Assembly (NCBI RefSeq): GCF_009914755.1
Contig: NC_060927.1
Source of the DNA: the human T2T-CHM13v2.0 reference genome, Homo sapiens
Direction: 5' to 3' (one strand)
DNA length: 64,000 nt
Both the position numbers and the translations under genes were made by a program. Each line of letters starts with the position of its first letter. Position 1 is the first letter of the stretch. Positions 59,920 to 64,000 of the stretch are shown here, piece by piece. A model generated the notes under the pieces. The model was given only the letters and a program-made list of their open reading frames with translations, was not told the DNA's origin and did no database searches.

Positions 59920-60350
59920 TCAACAACAATTTGCCAAGTCCCTGTTGTATCTCTGGTACACACTCCTCCCCTCAAGGAGTTCATGACTAAAAAGGAAAAG
60001 TAAGAATAACCCTTCAATTACTTGAATGCCCAGCCACAGTGGTAAGGACCCTATATAAGGGCATATAAAGTAAACTAGAAGTCCCAAGGAAGGTGTCATG
60101 ACTGCCAGCTGGGAGCTGACCTTGCAGGATGAGGAGGAACTGAGGATACAGATAGCCCTGCATGGAGATGCCTGCCCATCCCTGTGGGAAACTGCAAATG
60201 GTTCCTTTTGGTTTGTGTATAGTTTACTTCGAAGTGGGGGTGGGGTGTGGAGCTGGCAGAAATAAACTGGAAAATGTAGGTCAGGACCTTATTATGAACA
60301 TCCCTAAATACCAGTCTAAGAAACATGGACTTTTTTCTGTTGAATGTGGA
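59920..60350 (-). mobile_element. Diverged L2 fragment
   Basis: CCCCTCAAGGAGTTCA..., GTAGGTCAGGACCTTATTATGAAC... antisense L2-like. Confidence 0.5.
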
Positions 60351-60369
60351 GTAATTGTATACATACTTT

Positions 60370-60680
60370 GGAACACTGTGCTGCAATTAGCATATGTACC
60401 AACATGAATCGACTTCTGAGACCTGTGGTTTAATGAAAAATGTGAGTTGCAAAAAATATGCCCAGTATAATATCATCAGCGAAAAAATACTCTACAAAAC
60501 AGTTCTATGTGTTTGCGTGTTTTCTGTGGGTCTGAAAGGACCCACACCAGACTGCTAACAGCAGTTACCTTTGGGGCGAAAAGAAAGAACTAGGGTTTGG
60601 GAGTGAGGAGTATTGAAGGGGGATGTCAGCATTTTTGGAAATCTTTTAGTTTTATTTTAACAAGGAAATGTTATCTTGCC
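60370..60680 (+). mobile_element. L1ME-like 3' fragment
   Basis: CATATGTACCAACATGAAT...AGTTGCAAAA...CACACCAGACTGCTAACAGCAGTTACCTTTGGGG. Confidence 0.6.
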
Positions 60681-61751
60681 ATTAAACTGTAATTTTAAAA
60701 TTCAAAAGATAATGGAGTCATTGGCTTAATTCCTGTTCTAAAATTTTCAATTAGAGCTTGCACATTCTGAGAATTGGGAAGATAGTCTCAAACCAAACAA
60801 AATCCAGGGATTAAAAAAAAAAGTCCCCACCTCCCCGACTCAGAGCCTGCAGAGAGAAGGAACTCTTTGGACTGCTTTTCTCCCAGGCCTGAATGGCCTT
60901 ATTTGTTTCGTTCATTGATAATCAGTTTCAGGTGATGAGGGATGCTCTTGACCCACGTTGACCTTGCAGCAGCATTCTGCATTCCTGCCCATGACTGGAT
61001 TCCACCCTGTGGCGGTGGCTGGCTCCGGGCAGCGGTGGTGAGTATGTTTTTCTCTTTCCTGGCACCAGGATCATTTTCTTGGAGAGTCTCTGTGGACGTT
61101 GGCAAATAGTTTTGGCCTTCTTCCAAGAGATTGGGTTTATACCAGTCTAAATGAGGCAGGCATTTAATCAGTCACCCAGGGAACAGGCTTGAGGCCCTCT
61201 GGTGTCTTCTTTATAATTAATTTTTAACATTTGTTTTCAGTATAAAATTTGGGCCTTTATCCTCTTTGAAATAAAAACATAGCATGCATATTAGACTGTA
61301 TTGGCACTAAACTTCACACACCATTCTTTTATTCCCTTCCAACTATTAACTCCTATTAAGCAAGACAGAGGGATAATAAGATCCCCCTGCACTCCCCCGC
61401 CTTGCTGGCTTGTGTGATGCTTCATCCTCTGTAATTGCCTTCGGTGGCCAGGCTCTTTCCTATCATTAGTGTGCTTCAGAGGCTCCTTGTCAGGGCCCCG
61501 GCCACCTCCCAAGCTGCCATGCACCCCTTTTGCCATGCAGCCCTTTAATGCTACGGCCTTTCCCCAGCCCAACCACTGGGAGGCCCTGGTCCACTAAAGT
61601 TCTTGTTAACAAGACACAGGGGGTATTTCTGGATTTTTAACCCTGGAACTTACACTGGAACTGCTGCAGATGATTTCCTGTTTGTTCATTTGATTGACCT
61701 GCTCTTACGTCCTGAGAGCCCAGGCCTGGGTCAAAGGAACCCGAAACATCA

Positions 61752-61852
61752 CAGTGGTTCTCGAACCTAGATCTATATAAACAACACTGAGAATGCTGAC
61801 TAGAAGCGCAGATTCTGAGGCTTCTCCTCAGACCTACTGAGTTGGAATCTTT
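61752..61852. mobile_element. MER5A-like fragment
   Basis: CAGTGGTTCTCGAACC...GCAGATTCTGAGG...CAGACCTACTGA. Confidence 0.6.
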
Positions 61853-62269
61853 AGGACAAATGGAAAATTAACTGGCAACTTTTTGTTAAGCTGTGTAATT
61901 ATTTGCAAGTCACTAAGTAAAGTGATCATTTTTCACTTTCTTTCAGAGAAGTTTCAGCACAAACTTATCTTTAACCTTCAATACCCTGGACTTTTTCTTA
62001 GGGCTGCTATGTACCCTTTGTGCAAATTAGAAACAGGAACCCTTCTTTCTGGACAGCAGCAGGCCACACAGAAGGCAAGACTAGGCCTGTGGGGCTCAGG
62101 ATGCATTTCAGCCCCATTTACCTCCTTGGCCAGGAGTCTTTGTGCAGTTAACAACCTACACGGTTGCACATGGCAACCCTGCTTACTCTGTGCTCTGATG
62201 AACAAAATAGCTACCCTTGAGTACCTACATGTGTAAGCACAGGGTCAGCTTTTTCTTACGTAGTTATTA

Positions 62270-62400
62270 TCTGTAACACCAACAGCAACTCTTAAGGATT
62301 TATGTTGAGAAAACTGAGGCTCAGAAAATTTGAAAATTTCCCTAAGATAACACAGTCAGAAAGAAGCAGAAGATTAAGACCCATACCAGGCTCTGATGTG
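62270..62400 (-). mobile_element. MIR fragment
   Basis: TGAGAAAACTGAGGCTCAGAAAA...CCTAAGATAACACAG. Confidence 0.7.
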
Positions 62401-64000
62401 GCAAGCAGTTGGCTGGATAGGAAATTATTTACAGTCAGTGCCTTACTTCTTCAACAAGACCATGGATAATTCCTTGTCCTCCTTCCCTCTGAGAAAACCA
62501 TTAACTCCGGAGCCTACGAGAAGGTCCCTCAGGCCAAGAGTTAGCTGCCTGTCTTTGCTGCTGAGTGAGCAGAAGCCTCAGGCCTCCTGATGATGAATGA
62601 GTAAGTGTTTAGGAAGCACCAGGAGACCCGGGTGAAGGGCATGTGACATGGTAAAGCCTTAATGATTGTGTGTTTATTATTAGCAAAAGTTTCACTTTTT
62701 CCAGCCAGCCACCATGATTAAAAGTCCAGTTTCTCTTTTCATTTTGTGTAAGAATGTGAGCAAAGGGCTGAAAGTCAGAGAAGGATCATGAAATTGGAGT
62801 CAGTAAGGACTCCTTACTAAAGTTGTCCTGTCCTCTGGATTATCAGCTGTTTTCTGGAGTAAGGAGCTGCCCTGAGCAGAGCGCCAAATTGGCTGCCGAT
62901 GAGGTTCGTGCTAGTTGCCACTTCTTCTCGGCACCTGTACCATCAGCCATGGCTGCGTTAGGAACCCGCTGGAACTCAGTGGCTTCCACAGCACTCAAGT
63001 GTTATCCCAGGGCTGCAGGGCAGCTAGGGCTCAGCTGGCCCAGGGTTGGGTGGGTCAGCTGAGTGGGTCTGCTTCTCATGGCTCTCATTCCCCATGGACT
63101 GGCAGGGTAGCAAGACAAGCTCTGCTCATAACAGCGGCAGAAGAGCATGAAGGCAAGTGAAAGCACTTGAGGTCCCTTAAGACCTAGGCCCCAGACTGGT
63201 ACACCATCCATCTGCTGAACTCTATTGGCCAAAGCAAGTTCCGTGGCCAACCTAACGATGGAGCACAGAAGTAGGGTCCTCTCCCCTCTTTAGCAGGAGG
63301 AAGTGCAAAGGCACGTGGCAGAAGACAGAGATGAGGGTAAGAATTAGGGCCAGCAGTTCCCCCAGCACAGCCCCTCAACCTCCGAGGCTCGTTTGGTGGA
63401 AGCTTCCCCTCCTTGCAGGCAGCTGGAGAGCCTGGGGCCCCGTCCTCTGTACGCTGTCCTTATCAGTATTTTTCACAGGGCACAGAATTCAACCACCAGG
63501 TTGCTCACATTTTCAGAGAAAATCTGTCCCACATCAAATGTTTCTCATTCAATTCTCAAAAGCTCTTCTATGCTTTTTCCAAAAATGCCTCCCTCACACT
63601 CTGAGATCACAACCTAAGTTTTGCTCCCTTTCTTCATTTCTAATAAAATCTGAACTATGCAGATTGCCTTTCTCATAACCATGGTAGCTCGTTGTTGGCC
63701 CTTCCTTGAGTGGCGTTGGTCCTTCTCAGAGACAGAGGGCGGGGATCCCTAGCTGCCCTTGTGAGCGCATCATTAACTCTGGGAAGGGGCCACTGGCTTC
63801 ACCATGATGCTTCTTTACCCCCCTCACCGAGAGAGCAGCGTCATCTCCCAGACTGTACCTTCCCAGGCCAAATGGCAGTTTTTTGAGGGGTCATCTAATC
63901 TGTCAGTTCCTAAAACTAGGTGGACATTAAAATCAGCTGGGACGTTGAATACAAATTCAGATGCCTGGGCCTGGACAACAGCAGGATGGGGCTGGAGGGT

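Overview
This is primate (very probably human) nuclear genomic DNA, not prokaryotic. It carries about 11 Alu/FLAM SINEs (several with target-site duplications), plus MIR, L2, old L1M, MER3/MER5 DNA transposon relics and MLT1/MER34-like LTRs. CpG is depleted except for one small CpG island (~17.36-17.96 kb). I recognise no protein-coding exon, RNA gene or CRISPR array; the supplied ORFs are Alu-, L1-, microsatellite- or chance-derived. I cannot name the locus. It looks like a large intron or gene-poor regulatory region. The CpG island looks like a + strand alternative promoter with two strong splice donors, flanked by repeat-poor, homeodomain/PBX-HOX-motif-rich blocks (14.4-18.1 kb). There are a few candidate non-coding or poison exons (258-387; a 26-nt microexon at 15068-15093). 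The most unusual structure is a non-Alu inverted duplication with ~190-230 bp arms (9835-10062 vs 10402-10629, ~84% identical in the core) that could fold into a long RNA hairpin. Several other local duplications were found: 82 bp at 28.1/33.2 kb, a 117-bp tandem at 42.1 kb, an 89-bp L2-like piece copied into an LTR at 59.5 kb, and a chimeric triple Alu arm at 29.6 kb. Repeat boundaries and family names are by eye and approximate. I found no convincing novel biological system.
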